Assembly (NCBI GenBank): GCA_963706575.1
Contig: CAVPNL010000008.1
Location: forward strand, 224,001-288,000
DNA: 64,000 bases
Reading direction: 5' to 3'
Source of the DNA: an uncultured delta proteobacterium
GTDB lineage: Bacteria; Desulfobacterota; Desulfobacteria; Desulfobacterales; JAHEIW01
How positions within the stretch are numbered: the first letter of the stretch is position 1; each line of letters starts with the position of its first letter. The translations under genes and the position numbers were made by a program. Positions 29,995 through 40,423 of this stretch are shown piece by piece. The notes under the pieces were generated by a model. It saw only the letters and a program-made list of their open reading frames with translations, did not search any database and was not told the DNA's origin.

Positions 29995-30717
29995 TTATAA
30001 TTCGAATTCGTCCCCTAAATAAGCGCGGCAGGCAGCTTCACTGTTGGCAATCTTTTGCGGAGATCCCGATTCAATTACCTGTCCGTCACACAATATGTAT
30101 GCCCTATCACAGACACCCAATGTGTCTCTAACGTTATGATCCGAAATTAGGATCCCGATACCGCGTCGTTTTAGATGCTTGATTATATTTTTAATATCGT
30201 TGACCGCCAGGGGGTCAACTCCGGCAAACGGTTCGTCCAGGAGGATAAATGAAGGATTGGTGGCAAGCGATCGTGAAATTTCAAGCCGCCTTTTTTCCCC
30301 ACCAGATAACAGGCTGGCTCTTTGTTCGGAGAGATGTTTAATGCCGAGCTCTTCAAGAAGCATGTCAGCCTGATCTCCCCGATTTGCATCCGAGTTTGGC
30401 AAAATTTCAAGAATTGCCATTATGTTTTGCTTTACCGTGAGCTTTCGGAAGATAGATGTGTCTTGGGGAAGATATCCGACACCTTTGCGTGAACGAATGT
30501 GCATAGGGTAATCAGTTATATCCTCATCGTCAAGCAACACATTGCCACCGTCAGGCTTCACCATCCCTACCGTCATGTAGAAGGTTGTCGTCTTGCCCGC
30601 CCCATTTGGCCCCAGTAAGCCGACAACATCGCCGCTTTTTACATCCAGGCTGACAGAATTTACCACCTGTCGTCTGCCATATTTTTTAATAAGGTTTTGA
30701 AGATACAATGTTGTCAT
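29995..30717 (-). CDS. lptB: LPS export ABC transporter ATPase
   Basis: GPNGAGKTTTFY, LSGGEKRRLEI, LLDEPFAGVDP and DHNVRDTL motifs. Confidence 0.97.
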   Translation of the reverse strand: MTTLYLQNLIKKYGRRQVVNSVSLDVKSGDVVGLLGPNGAGKTTTFYMTVGMVKPDGGNVLLDDEDITDYPMHIRSRKGVGYLPQDTSIFRKLTVKQNIMAILEILPNSDANRGDQADMLLEELGIKHLSEQRASLLSGGEKRRLEISRSLATNPSFILLDEPFAGVDPLAVNDIKNIIKHLKRRGIGILISDHNVRDTLGVCDRAYILCDGQVIESGSPQKIANSEAACRAYLGDEFEL

Positions 30718-30832
30718 TTGTTTGGTTTTAATATACGCGAATAGGTTTTCTTAAATTGAGCGTTTCAAATAACTTATTTTAAATGAGATGATCGAAAAAT
30801 GCAACCATTTCAACGGGTCCGGATGGAACGAA

Positions 30833-31375
30833 TTAGGGTTGCAATGTGGCCTTGATGCGCTTTTGCCCGCTGCCTTCTACAATTAATTTTCCTTGGCTGC
30901 GATGCAGTGTAAATTTTGTCCCGGTAATCGAATGGCCTCCTTGGTTGACCCTGGATTGTTCGCCCAGCAAAACAAGAACCTCTGATTTTATTGTATATTC
31001 AGCTCTATCTGTTTCGGCGATGATATCGGCGGTTACAATTTTTACATGTCCCTTTGCGATGATTTTTTCGATGGATACGCTATTAATGTCAGGGGTCTTA
31101 TTTTTTATAGAATCCGGAGCGTAAATAATTTTAAGGCGATCCGAAGTGACCACGGCATCCGCCTGGGTGGCTTTGACGTTTCCGACAAATTCAATTTCTC
31201 GGGCATTCACTTCGGCATTGAGCTTATCGGACGTAATCCGAATTCGTTTGCTTTCATTATTTATATCTTTTGTATCAATGGCTTCAGATGCCGCAATGGC
31301 TGTATGTGCGCCGGTAAACACCGTTAACATGATGAATGCCTGCAGGGTACAGATGAATAAGAGCCGTTTACTCAT
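30833..31375 (-). CDS. lptA: LptA/OstA family LPS transport periplasmic protein
   Basis: Signal peptide, FVGNVKATQ, IIAKGHVKI; lies between lptC and lptB. Confidence 0.88.
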   Translation of the reverse strand: MSKRLLFICTLQAFIMLTVFTGAHTAIAASEAIDTKDINNESKRIRITSDKLNAEVNAREIEFVGNVKATQADAVVTSDRLKIIYAPDSIKNKTPDINSVSIEKIIAKGHVKIVTADIIAETDRAEYTIKSEVLVLLGEQSRVNQGGHSITGTKFTLHRSQGKLIVEGSGQKRIKATLQP

Positions 31376-31376
31376 T

Positions 31377-31958
31377 CTATAGTGCAAAATTATTCGCAAG
31401 CGTGGTTTCAACGTTTCCTTCCAGGGTGACTTTTTTCGTATTTAGATCAAATGATATGGTATCCGCTGCCAGATGCGCTTCGGGCCCGGAAATCGTAACC
31501 GGCGCTGTCGAATACAGCACGCGTTTATCGTGGGCGTAATTCAGTCCTTTGGTCAGCAGCTTGTATTCTCTGTTTATTACCACGACATTACCGGATACTT
31601 CAATATCATTTGAGTCGGTGTTCAATATGCCCTTATCAGCTGTAAGGGTAATTTCACTTGCATCATCGAGAAAAAAGGTGACCATCAGGTCGTCTAAGAC
31701 CATTTGACTGGTCTTGCCGATATAATTGGCCGAAGCGGCTTCAAGACTCCATTCCTTTTTTCCTTTGCGGGTAGCGGTATGATGGATTTTACCGATTGAC
31801 AGGGTCGCATCCGGCTCAACCGTCTCCGGGATCGGCTCGGTGACCGTTGAGTCCTGTTGAAAACCGATGTAAATCCAGATGACGCCACCGAGTGTAATGC
31901 AGATGGTCATCAGTAGAAATATTTTTAATTTTTTAGGTTTTCTATAATCAGTTGCCAT
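31377..31958 (-). CDS. lptC: LPS export periplasmic protein LptC
   Basis: N-terminal TM helix, KEWSLEAASA, beta-jellyroll-like repeats; synteny with lptA/lptB. Confidence 0.88.
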   Translation of the reverse strand: MATDYRKPKKLKIFLLMTICITLGGVIWIYIGFQQDSTVTEPIPETVEPDATLSIGKIHHTATRKGKKEWSLEAASANYIGKTSQMVLDDLMVTFFLDDASEITLTADKGILNTDSNDIEVSGNVVVINREYKLLTKGLNYAHDKRVLYSTAPVTISGPEAHLAADTISFDLNTKKVTLEGNVETTLANNFAL

Positions 31959-32031
31959 GGATATTCTTTCTTCCAGATAAAATGCCGGACTCAATTCCGC
32001 ACCGCGCCCAAGCTTATCAATCAGATTATTT

Positions 32032-32123
32032 ATCCGCAGATTTCGCAGATTTACACAGATTTAAAAAATTATAAAGCAATTCTTGAACATTTATTTCTGT
32101 GTAATCTGCGTAATCTGTGGATT
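32032..32123. repeat. Inverted tandem-repeat element (CGCAGATT / AATCTGCG)
   Basis: ATCCGCAGATTTCGCAGATTTACACAGATT ... TCTGTGTAATCTGCGTAATCTGTGGAT. Confidence 0.8.
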
Positions 32124-32273
32124 ATGAATGCAGATTTCACTGCCGGGAGGAAACACAGGAGTTTTCAAAATTGGGAAAAAATATTTATCCTGTGCCCCGT
32201 TAAAAGTCAAGAAACGAAAAGAGGCCTTGATTCTCTATGGATGAACTGTTATTAAAACAAGTTTGATTGTTGT

Positions 32274-33680
32274 ATGGGAATGGAGTGTAACCCTTTGAAA
32301 GAAAAAAGTAAAAATACAAAACGATGGATTGCGGGCATCGCCGTTGCCATCCTTTTACTGCCGGTTCTATGGCTCTTGCTGGTTCGGCTGGAAGGTCAAA
32401 AACCCGAAATCATTTTTGAGCAGGCATCGCCCTTTATTGGGAAGTCTCATGATTTTTCTATTTCGATAACGGATCAGAATAGCGGGCTGCGCAAAATTTG
32501 GGTGGCGATGATCCAAAATGGAAAAGAGGTTATCCTGACCGAGCAAGATTTTCCCTCAGCCGGAATTTTTGGCGGTGGGGAAATTAAATCCAAATCGCTG
32601 AACATCCCATTTGAGCCTCAAAAATATCAATTCTCTGACGGAAAGGCCATATTGCGCCTGGCGGTATGGGATTATTCATGGCGCGGGTGGTGGCAGGGAA
32701 ATCAGGTCTATGTAGAAAAGAACCTGACCATTGATAGGCAACCACCGGAGATTGAAATGATCAGCACGGTTCACAACCTGACTCAGGGCGGGGCCGGGCT
32801 TGTGATCTACCGTACTTCAGAGGATTGTCGCCATACAGGCGTTCAAGTGGGCGACAATTTTTTCCCCGCTCATGCCGGCTATTATAAAGACCCCCGGATT
32901 CGACTGGCATTTATCGGGCTCGGCTACCAGCAGGGCCCGGGAACCCAGATTTGGGTCAAAGCCGTCGATGAAGCCCAAAACAGCGCCAAGGCCGGGGTCA
33001 AGCATTATATTCGCAAAAAAGTTTTTAAAAACGATAACATCCGGATTTCGGAGCGGTTTTTGAACTCGAAAGTGCCCGAATTTGAGAACACGATTGCGCT
33101 GGATTCGAGCGGATCGCTGGTGGATAAATTTTTAAAGATCAACCGGGATTTACGCAACGCCAATTATCAGCAAATAAGCGAACTGGCGCAAACAACAGGC
33201 ACCACCAGACGCTGGAAAGGCAAGTTTCTGCGAATGACCGGAGCGGCGAATCAGGCGGGATTTGCCGACCATCGCACCTATAAATACAACGGTAAAATAA
33301 TTGACCGTCAGGTTCATCTGGGGTTGGATCTGGCCTCGGTAACCCATGCGCCGGTACCGGCTGCCAACAGCGGAGTCGTTGCCTTTAGCGGGCCCTTAGG
33401 CATTTATGGGAAAACCGTTCTGATCGATCACGGATTCGGCCTGTTCAGTATGTATGCCCACTTAAATCGCAGCGATGTCAGCAAAGGGCAGGAGGTGTCA
33501 AAAGGCGATATACTGGGCCGTACCGGCAGCACCGGGCTTGCGGGCGGTGACCATTTGCATTTTAGCATTCTGATTCATAACACCTTTGTCAATCCAATCG
33601 AATGGTGGGATGCGGCCTGGATAAAGAACAATATTACATCCAAGATTGACGCGGTGCCGTCGGCCCCGGCTCTCAAATAA
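32274..33680 (+). CDS. M23 family metallopeptidase
   Basis: HLGLDLAS, IDHGFGLFSMYAHL and TGLAGGDHLHFS motifs. Confidence 0.95.
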   Translation: MGMECNPLKEKSKNTKRWIAGIAVAILLLPVLWLLLVRLEGQKPEIIFEQASPFIGKSHDFSISITDQNSGLRKIWVAMIQNGKEVILTEQDFPSAGIFGGGEIKSKSLNIPFEPQKYQFSDGKAILRLAVWDYSWRGWWQGNQVYVEKNLTIDRQPPEIEMISTVHNLTQGGAGLVIYRTSEDCRHTGVQVGDNFFPAHAGYYKDPRIRLAFIGLGYQQGPGTQIWVKAVDEAQNSAKAGVKHYIRKKVFKNDNIRISERFLNSKVPEFENTIALDSSGSLVDKFLKINRDLRNANYQQISELAQTTGTTRRWKGKFLRMTGAANQAGFADHRTYKYNGKIIDRQVHLGLDLASVTHAPVPAANSGVVAFSGPLGIYGKTVLIDHGFGLFSMYAHLNRSDVSKGQEVSKGDILGRTGSTGLAGGDHLHFSILIHNTFVNPIEWWDAAWIKNNITSKIDAVPSAPALK

Positions 33681-33689
33681 TTATAAAGC

Positions 33690-33822
33690 GGGTTATTGGG
33701 TATTTTGAACTGGTTATTCGGTATTCGGTATTGGGTATTTGGTATTGGTTTGAATATTGAGAAAAGAATCTGTTTTTAAGACTATAATCTAATACCTAAT
33801 ACCCATTATCTAATACCTAAAT
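33690..33822. repeat. Inverted heptamer-array element (GGTATTC/G // TAATACC)
   Basis: GGTTATTCGGTATTCGGTATTGGGTATTTGGTATTGG ... CTAATACCTAATACCCATTATCTAATACCTAA. Confidence 0.8.
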
Positions 33823-33827
33823 TAATT

Positions 33828-34415
33828 ATGCCAGAAACTTTTCGCGCCTTTATCGCAATTGATCTGCCCGAAAGCGTCAAGTCCTTTCTGAGCGAGGCTC
33901 AGGAGGCACTCAAGTTGCATAGGTTTCGGGTCAAATGGGTCCGGCCGCAAAACATTCATCTGACGCTTAAATTTTTGGGGGATACGGCGACAGCCGATAC
34001 CGATAAAATCGTTGAGGCGATGACGCTGGCAGCAAAGAACTGTCCAATCGTGGCCCTGACGGCTAAAGGTATCGGGGTTTTCCCGAATGTGAGACGGCCG
34101 CGGGTCATATGGGCGGGACTCAAAGGACAGCTTGAGACGCTGGCAAATTTGCAGCAGACGCTCGACGCTCATTTGGCGGATTTGGGTTTTGCCGGAGATA
34201 CCCGGGCGTTTAAATCCCATTTGACATTGGGGCGCGTTAAAGGAAAAATCGCCTCTGACCGGATGAAAGCTGCGATTGATAAACTAAATGAATTCGAATC
34301 TGAACCGTTTGAAGCCAACCGGGTCATTTTGTTTAAAAGCGAGTTGCGGCCTAGCGGGGCGGTTTATACCAAGGTGCACGGGATTGCCTTCCAGGGGCAA
34401 TCGAAATTATGTTGA
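33828..34415 (+). CDS. thpR: RNA 2',3'-cyclic phosphodiesterase
   Basis: Two HxT motifs (HLTLKFLG, HLTLGR); upstream of recA. Confidence 0.95.
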   Translation: MPETFRAFIAIDLPESVKSFLSEAQEALKLHRFRVKWVRPQNIHLTLKFLGDTATADTDKIVEAMTLAAKNCPIVALTAKGIGVFPNVRRPRVIWAGLKGQLETLANLQQTLDAHLADLGFAGDTRAFKSHLTLGRVKGKIASDRMKAAIDKLNEFESEPFEANRVILFKSELRPSGAVYTKVHGIAFQGQSKLC

Positions 34416-34445
34416 CAATTGGCATTAATTTAAGAGGAGGGCTTT

Positions 34446-35492
34446 ATGACTATTTCACCGGATAAGGAAAAAGCATTAGAAACGGCGATGACCCAGGTCG
34501 AGCGTCAGTTTGGTAAAGGTTCCATTATGAAACTGGGAAGCCGTCCGGTAGTCGATGTGCCGGTTATTTCTACCAGTTCGCTTGCCCTTGATAAGGCGCT
34601 GGGAATCGGTGGGTTGCCCCGGGGAAGAGTTATTGAAATATATGGCCCCGAAGCTTCCGGTAAAACCACGCTTGCGCTGCACGCGGTGGCCGAAGCCCAG
34701 AAGAAAGACGGCATAGCCGCCTTTATTGATGCGGAACATGCGCTTGATACCGCTTATGCCAAAAGACTCGGGGTCAATTGTGACGATCTGCTCGTTGCTC
34801 AGCCGGATACCGGCGAACAGGCGCTGGAAATTGCGGATATGCTGGTTAGAAGCGGTGCCATCGACGTCCTGGTGATTGACTCGGTGGCCGCCCTCGTGCC
34901 GCGTGCAGAAATTGAAGGCGAGATGGGTGACTCCCATATGGGCCTTCAAGCCCGGCTGATGTCACAGGCGATGCGCAAGCTGACCGGCACCATCAGCAAA
35001 ACCATGACTTCGATCATTTTTATCAACCAGATCCGGATGAAAATCGGCGTGATGTTCGGAAATCCCGAAACCACTACCGGCGGCAATGCGTTGAAATTTT
35101 ATTCCTCCGTCAGACTCGACATCCGACGAATTGGACAGATCAAAGACGGGCAGGAGGTGGTCGGAAACCGCACCCGGGTTCGGGTGGTTAAAAATAAAAT
35201 GGCACCGCCGTTTACCGAGGCTGAGTTTGACATCATGTACGGGGAAGGCATTTCAAAACACGGGGATTTAATCGATGTGGGCGTTGAAGCCGGCATTATT
35301 GAAAAAAGCGGGTCATGGTATTCCCATGGCGGTGAACGCATCGGGCAGGGGCGGGAGAATGTCAAAAAATTTCTAAAAGACAATCCCGATCTTTACGAAT
35401 CCATGTACCTTAGGGCCAGAGAGTCACTGGGGCTGTCCGGTTCGGCAAAAGCGGAAACCGAGGACGAGGACAAAAAGGAGAAAAAGGTTTGA
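34446..35492 (+). CDS. recA: Recombinase A
   Basis: [16 protein letters not shown] and GGNALKFY motifs. Confidence 0.99.
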   Translation: MTISPDKEKALETAMTQVERQFGKGSIMKLGSRPVVDVPVISTSSLALDKALGIGGLPRGRVIEIYGPEASGKTTLALHAVAEAQKKDGIAAFIDAEHALDTAYAKRLGVNCDDLLVAQPDTGEQALEIADMLVRSGAIDVLVIDSVAALVPRAEIEGEMGDSHMGLQARLMSQAMRKLTGTISKTMTSIIFINQIRMKIGVMFGNPETTTGGNALKFYSSVRLDIRRIGQIKDGQEVVGNRTRVRVVKNKMAPPFTEAEFDIMYGEGISKHGDLIDVGVEAGIIEKSGSWYSHGGERIGQGRENVKKFLKDNPDLYESMYLRARESLGLSGSAKAETEDEDKKEKKV

Positions 35493-35505
35493 AGTGGAGA
35501 GACCA

Positions 35506-38133
35506 ATGACCGGCAATGAGATTCGCACCCAATTTTTAAAATATTTTGAAAAACATCACCACCGGATTGTTCGCAGTTCATCACTGGTGCCTCAGGATGA
35601 TCCCACGCTGCTGTTTATCAACGCAGGAATGGTACAGTTTAAACGGGTATTCCTTGGTGAAGACAAAAGGGAATATATAAGGGCAACCACATCCCAGAAA
35701 TGTGTGCGTGCCGGAGGCAAGCACAATGATCTTGAAAATGTCGGTTATACCGCACGACATCATACCTTTTTTGAGATGCTGGGCAACTTTTCCTTTGGAG
35801 ATTATTTTAAAGAGGGTGCCATTGATTTTGCCTGGGATTTGTTAACCAATGGTTATGGGCTGCCGGGAGACAAATTGTACGGTTCCATTTATCTTGATGA
35901 CGATGAAGCTTACGAACTGTGGCGAAAAAACATCGGCCTGCCGGATGACCGCATTGCAAGATTCGGCGAAGAAGACAATTTTTGGTCTATGGGAGATACG
36001 GGTCCCTGCGGTCCCTGTTCGGAAATTCTGATCGACCGTGGTGAACAATATGGATGCGATCGGCCGGATTGTGCGGTGGGTTGCGAGTGCGATCGCTATC
36101 TGGAGATCTGGAACCTGGTGTTTATGCAATTTAATCGGGATGCCTCCGGCAAGATGACACCGCTGCCCAAACCCAGCATCGACACCGGCATGGGGCTCGA
36201 GCGCATCGTTTCGATCATTCAGGACGTACCGACCAATTTTGATACGGACCTCATCCTGCCCATCATCCAAAAGACTGAGGACCTGGCGCAACAGCGCTTC
36301 GGTGAAACCCGCGAAACCGATGTGGCCATGAAAGTCATTGCCGATCACAGCCGGGCGGCTGCGTTTCTGATCGGTGACGGCATTATGCCCGCCAACGAGG
36401 GCCGGGGATACGTGCTGCGCCGCATTTTGCGCCGGGCCATTCGCTACGGGCGCAATATCGGCCTGGACAAGCCGTTTCTGCATAAAACCGCGGGCGTGGT
36501 GTTCGATATCATGAAGCCGGCCTATCCCGAACTTTCCGAGGCCGCTGCCTTTATCACCAATATCATCGAGAACGAAGAGGTGCGATTCCTTGAGACGTTG
36601 GATACGGGTCTGAAACTGTTAAACGATACCCTGTCCGAGATCAAGGCCAAGGGGGAGACCCGGGTGCCCGGCGATGTTATTTTCAAACTCTATGATACCT
36701 TTGGTTTTCCGGTGGATATCGTGCGGGATGTGGTTCGCGATGAAAACATGAGTCTCGACATGGAAGGATTTGACAGCGCCATGGACGCGCAGCGTGCCAG
36801 ATCCCGTTCCGTGGCCACTTTTGCGAGCATCAGCGATGCCTATAAAAAATTGTCGGCCCGGGGATTCAAACCCGAGTTTCGTGGTTACGAGATGCTTGTC
36901 ACCGATTCCAAAGTCAAGCTCATCGTTGAAGGGGAAAAGGAAATTTCTGAGGCTGGCGCGGGCCAATCCATTGAACTGGTGACGGATGAAACACCGTTCT
37001 ATGCGGAGTCCGGCGGCCAGGTCGGTGACTCGGGTAAAATCAGCGCCAAGAATTTTGAAATGGAAGTGTTGGATACGATTAAGGACCCCACCGGGCTTGT
37101 CATCCATAGAGGCAATGTCACGGCCGGGAAAATAAAAAAGGGTCAAAAAGTGACTCTTAGTGTCGATGGGGCCAAACGCAAAGCAACCGAGTTGAATCAT
37201 ACGGCCACGCACATTCTGCATGCCGTTTTGCGCGAGGTTCTCGGAGAGCACGTTAAACAGGCCGGCTCGCTGGTTGCGCCGGATCGATTGCGCTTTGATT
37301 TTACCCACTTTTCACATGTGGACCCGGAGATCCTTGCGAAAATCGAAACCCGTGTCAATCGCCGCATCCGGGAGAACGTTCCGACCGAAACGGAAGAGAT
37401 GGAAGCCGATGCGGCTTTTGAATCAGGGGCCACGGCACTTTTTGAAGAAAAATACGGCGATCGGGTTCGGGTTATTTCTTTATCCGATTTCAGCAAAGAG
37501 CTTTGCGGCGGGACGCATACCGGCAAAACCGGTGATATCGGGCTTTTTATAATTGTCAACGAAGCCAGCATTGCCTCCGGTGTCCGGCGTATCGAAGCGT
37601 TAACCGGCCAAGGCGCACTCGAATATGTACAGAGGAGGTCCAGGCTGCTGGAGGACAGCGCTCATCTGGTCAAAGAAAAACCCGACGCCTTAGCCTCTAA
37701 AATAAAAAAAATGATAGGCGATTTAAAGGCGCTCGAAAAAGAGACCGATCATCTCAAGGCTAAAATGGCCACCGAGTCGGCCGAAGCCGAAGGCAAAGCC
37801 GTTCAAACGATCAACAACATAAAGGTTTTGATCCAAAAAGTAACGGTGGATAATCCTGCTGCGCTGCGAGATCTGGCGGACAGGCTCAAAGAAAAAATTA
37901 AATCCGGTATTGTGGTGCTGGGAAGCGTTAGCGGCGCTAAAGTGTTTTTGATCGTGGGGGTGACCAAAGATCTAACAGATCGCTTTCATGCCGGAAATGT
38001 GGTTAAGCAAATCGCCGAAACTGTTGGCGGCAGCGGTGGGGGGCGGCCGGATATGGCCCAGGCCGGCGGCACGCTGCCTGAAAATCTGGATCAAGCCTTA
38101 AAAAAGGCTTACGAAGTCATCGAAAACATATAA
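35506..38133 (+). CDS. alaS: Alanine--tRNA ligase
   Basis: HHTFFEMLGNFSFGDYFK, ELCGGTH and GGGRPDMAQAGG motifs. Confidence 0.99.
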   Translation: MTGNEIRTQFLKYFEKHHHRIVRSSSLVPQDDPTLLFINAGMVQFKRVFLGEDKREYIRATTSQKCVRAGGKHNDLENVGYTARHHTFFEMLGNFSFGDYFKEGAIDFAWDLLTNGYGLPGDKLYGSIYLDDDEAYELWRKNIGLPDDRIARFGEEDNFWSMGDTGPCGPCSEILIDRGEQYGCDRPDCAVGCECDRYLEIWNLVFMQFNRDASGKMTPLPKPSIDTGMGLERIVSIIQDVPTNFDTDLILPIIQKTEDLAQQRFGETRETDVAMKVIADHSRAAAFLIGDGIMPANEGRGYVLRRILRRAIRYGRNIGLDKPFLHKTAGVVFDIMKPAYPELSEAAAFITNIIENEEVRFLETLDTGLKLLNDTLSEIKAKGETRVPGDVIFKLYDTFGFPVDIVRDVVRDENMSLDMEGFDSAMDAQRARSRSVATFASISDAYKKLSARGFKPEFRGYEMLVTDSKVKLIVEGEKEISEAGAGQSIELVTDETPFYAESGGQVGDSGKISAKNFEMEVLDTIKDPTGLVIHRGNVTAGKIKKGQKVTLSVDGAKRKATELNHTATHILHAVLREVLGEHVKQAGSLVAPDRLRFDFTHFSHVDPEILAKIETRVNRRIRENVPTETEEMEADAAFESGATALFEEKYGDRVRVISLSDFSKELCGGTHTGKTGDIGLFIIVNEASIASGVRRIEALTGQGALEYVQRRSRLLEDSAHLVKEKPDALASKIKKMIGDLKALEKETDHLKAKMATESAEAEGKAVQTINNIKVLIQKVTVDNPAALRDLADRLKEKIKSGIVVLGSVSGAKVFLIVGVTKDLTDRFHAGNVVKQIAETVGGSGGGRPDMAQAGGTLPENLDQALKKAYEVIENI

Positions 38134-38193
38134 AATTGGAATCCCCGGTTTTATTCGGCGGCTGTGATACCGTCGCTTATTTTTTCATAATTG

Positions 38194-38283
38194 CTCACGC
38201 AAAGCCGCAAAGCCGCTAAGCTCGAAAAGCGTTATAAGTTAAACCCTAAAAATGCTCTTGGCGCCTTTGCGTCTTGGCGTGAG
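38194..38283. repeat. Inverted tandem-repeat element (CGCAAAG / CTTTGCG)
   Basis: CTCACGCAAAGCCGCAAAGCCGCTAAG ... CTTGGCGCCTTTGCGTCTTGGCGTGAG. Confidence 0.8.
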
Positions 38284-38318
38284 GCCTAAAGTCTATCCGA
38301 TGTGCTTTTTAATGGGAT

Positions 38319-39599
38319 TTATTGATTGCGGGAGCTGATGGCTATCGTTGATGCATCGATTAAGCCCATCACGTGCTTGACCAGTGCCTGATAGCGCGTG
38401 TCCTGGTGCAATTCCACAAATTGATCCTGACGGTTTTTAACCTCATCCAGCAGCGACACATCTGATTGACGCCCCAATCGACCCCATCCGCGGATTACGG
38501 CAGCCAGATGCGACAGGAGGGGTATCATCTGACCGGGGCTTTCTTTCAGGTGGTAAATTTGTGAAGCCGGGTTGCCGTAGTCATTTAAGGCACTGCGCAT
38601 GACTTCGAAAGCAGTCTTGCCGCCCACGAGTGCTAAAAAGATATGCACCTCCCTTTCCAGCGCCAGCAGAAATCGAATAGGCAAAAGTGGCTCTTCTGAA
38701 AGATGGCAGCCCAATGTTTCAGCAATTTTTTTACGAATGGTATTAATTTTTTGTAGAAAAGGTTTTTGTTGCCCGTCAACTTTCCAGGCGACATAGTTGA
38801 CAACGTTTTCATCCAGACCGCCCTTTACCAGCAAAACTTCCTCAGGCGTCATTTCGATATCCATGATCACTTCTTTGTTGTAATCACGCAGAAACTGGTT
38901 AACCAGCATCATGGCATGCCGGTCCGAATAAGATACGCCTTCAGGGTTCTGGGTAAAATCCGTCAGAAGAACCTTGATTGCCCGGATCGGCTGTTTTATC
39001 TCCCCGACCAGAAGCTGAAGCGAATTTAAAAAGGGCAGGCGGTTGCTGCGCCGCGGCGTTTCTTTCAAGAATTCCCATAAAATTTCAAAAACTTTTTTTT
39101 CATGGCGTGCAAACCCTGGAACATTTTTCTCAAAGGCTGTTCTTAGAAAGTTGCCCCGGCCGTCAAAGCAATTTTGATAAAGCTGGATCATTTCGTGAGC
39201 GTCGCGGACTGAGATTTCAAAATCCGCGGCAATGGCTTCAAAATCCTGATCGCTGAAATTCTTGTCCGGACTGAGCTGAATGTGCTTTTTTTTGCGCGCG
39301 CCGGCCCGGATTTTAGAAACATCAAGAATTTTTATAAGATTTTTATCAACTTTGCCAAGCGGCGGCCCGGCGCCTTCGGGCCAGAATTTCAGCTCCTCAT
39401 CCCAGACGACAAAATCCTTGAGGATTTCACCGGGTACCTGATCCATTCTGGACTGAATTCTGTTTAATACTTCATTCGCTAAATTTTGATCGATAGGGCT
39501 TTTATGCATATGCATTCGCAGATCAGTGATCAGCTTAGGCCGTTTGCTCAGCCCCTGAGGCTTGATGCCGGTGTAATCCTTGCCATAAATGTTTTTCAT
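38319..39599 (-). CDS. Hypothetical protein
   Basis: 426 aa ORF whose start overlaps the dapB stop (ATGA); no motif recognised. Confidence 0.75.
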   Translation of the reverse strand: MKNIYGKDYTGIKPQGLSKRPKLITDLRMHMHKSPIDQNLANEVLNRIQSRMDQVPGEILKDFVVWDEELKFWPEGAGPPLGKVDKNLIKILDVSKIRAGARKKKHIQLSPDKNFSDQDFEAIAADFEISVRDAHEMIQLYQNCFDGRGNFLRTAFEKNVPGFARHEKKVFEILWEFLKETPRRSNRLPFLNSLQLLVGEIKQPIRAIKVLLTDFTQNPEGVSYSDRHAMMLVNQFLRDYNKEVIMDIEMTPEEVLLVKGGLDENVVNYVAWKVDGQQKPFLQKINTIRKKIAETLGCHLSEEPLLPIRFLLALEREVHIFLALVGGKTAFEVMRSALNDYGNPASQIYHLKESPGQMIPLLSHLAAVIRGWGRLGRQSDVSLLDEVKNRQDQFVELHQDTRYQALVKHVMGLIDASTIAISSRNQ

Positions 39600-40423
39600 T
39601 TTTTCAATACATCGATCATCGTGTAAACATTTCCCTGAGCTCCCTCGCTGACCCTGGCTGCTAAGAACAGCACAGCATCCAGGGTGCCTCGGGCGTAAAC
39701 GTCTCGGCCGTTGACATTGTGAGAAAACTCGAAGCGAACGGTTTTATCGCCGGAAGTCAAGGCATAGGTGTGCCAGCCATGGCCCGCCAGGTATTGTTGC
39801 GGAATGCCCCATTGGTCGGTTTGAATTTTGGGCTCCCGCTCTTTAATAATTTGATCCTCGCTGAAGTCAAGACCCATTTGATTGAAGTATCGAACCATGG
39901 CTTTGGCTGTACCGCTGGTGTCGGCCTTTCCTTTTTGATGGCTTTCTTTTATTTCCAGTGCATAGCCCTTGAAAAGGTCCGGAAAGGTTTGGGCGGCATA
40001 TTCCATCATGGCCTGAAAACCGACAATTTGCTTTGCCATATTTGGCGCAATAACAGCCGAAATGGATGATGCTCGCACGCAAGCTTCAAGATCAGAGCGA
40101 TCGCCGCCGGTGGTGCCCATGACAAACGGCAACTGGTATTTGCAATAAAACGCTGCATTGGCGTTTACCGCCGCAGGATGGGTATAATCAACACTGAGAA
40201 ATTCCCCCTCTTTTTGCTTTAAATCATCAATGGCCTGTTCCCGCTCTTCCGGCTTTAGCAGACGTATGGCGATCGTTTCGATTTTATGCTCGGCTTCCTC
40301 GATTTCCGGGCCGGTCAGCGAAAAGGGCACGAGCGCGAAGCGGCCGTCAGCTGCCATATGCCGGGCGACATTTACGGCCATATTTCCGGGAATCCCATTG
40401 ACCATTACTTTTATGTGGCTCAT
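39596..40423 (-). CDS. dapB: 4-hydroxy-tetrahydrodipicolinate reductase (plant-type)
   Basis: VNGIPGNM, VMGTTGG, IAPNM and ESHQKGKADTSGTAK motifs. Confidence 0.93.
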   Translation of the reverse strand: MSHIKVMVNGIPGNMAVNVARHMAADGRFALVPFSLTGPEIEEAEHKIETIAIRLLKPEEREQAIDDLKQKEGEFLSVDYTHPAAVNANAAFYCKYQLPFVMGTTGGDRSDLEACVRASSISAVIAPNMAKQIVGFQAMMEYAAQTFPDLFKGYALEIKESHQKGKADTSGTAKAMVRYFNQMGLDFSEDQIIKEREPKIQTDQWGIPQQYLAGHGWHTYALTSGDKTVRFEFSHNVNGRDVYARGTLDAVLFLAARVSEGAQGNVYTMIDVLKK

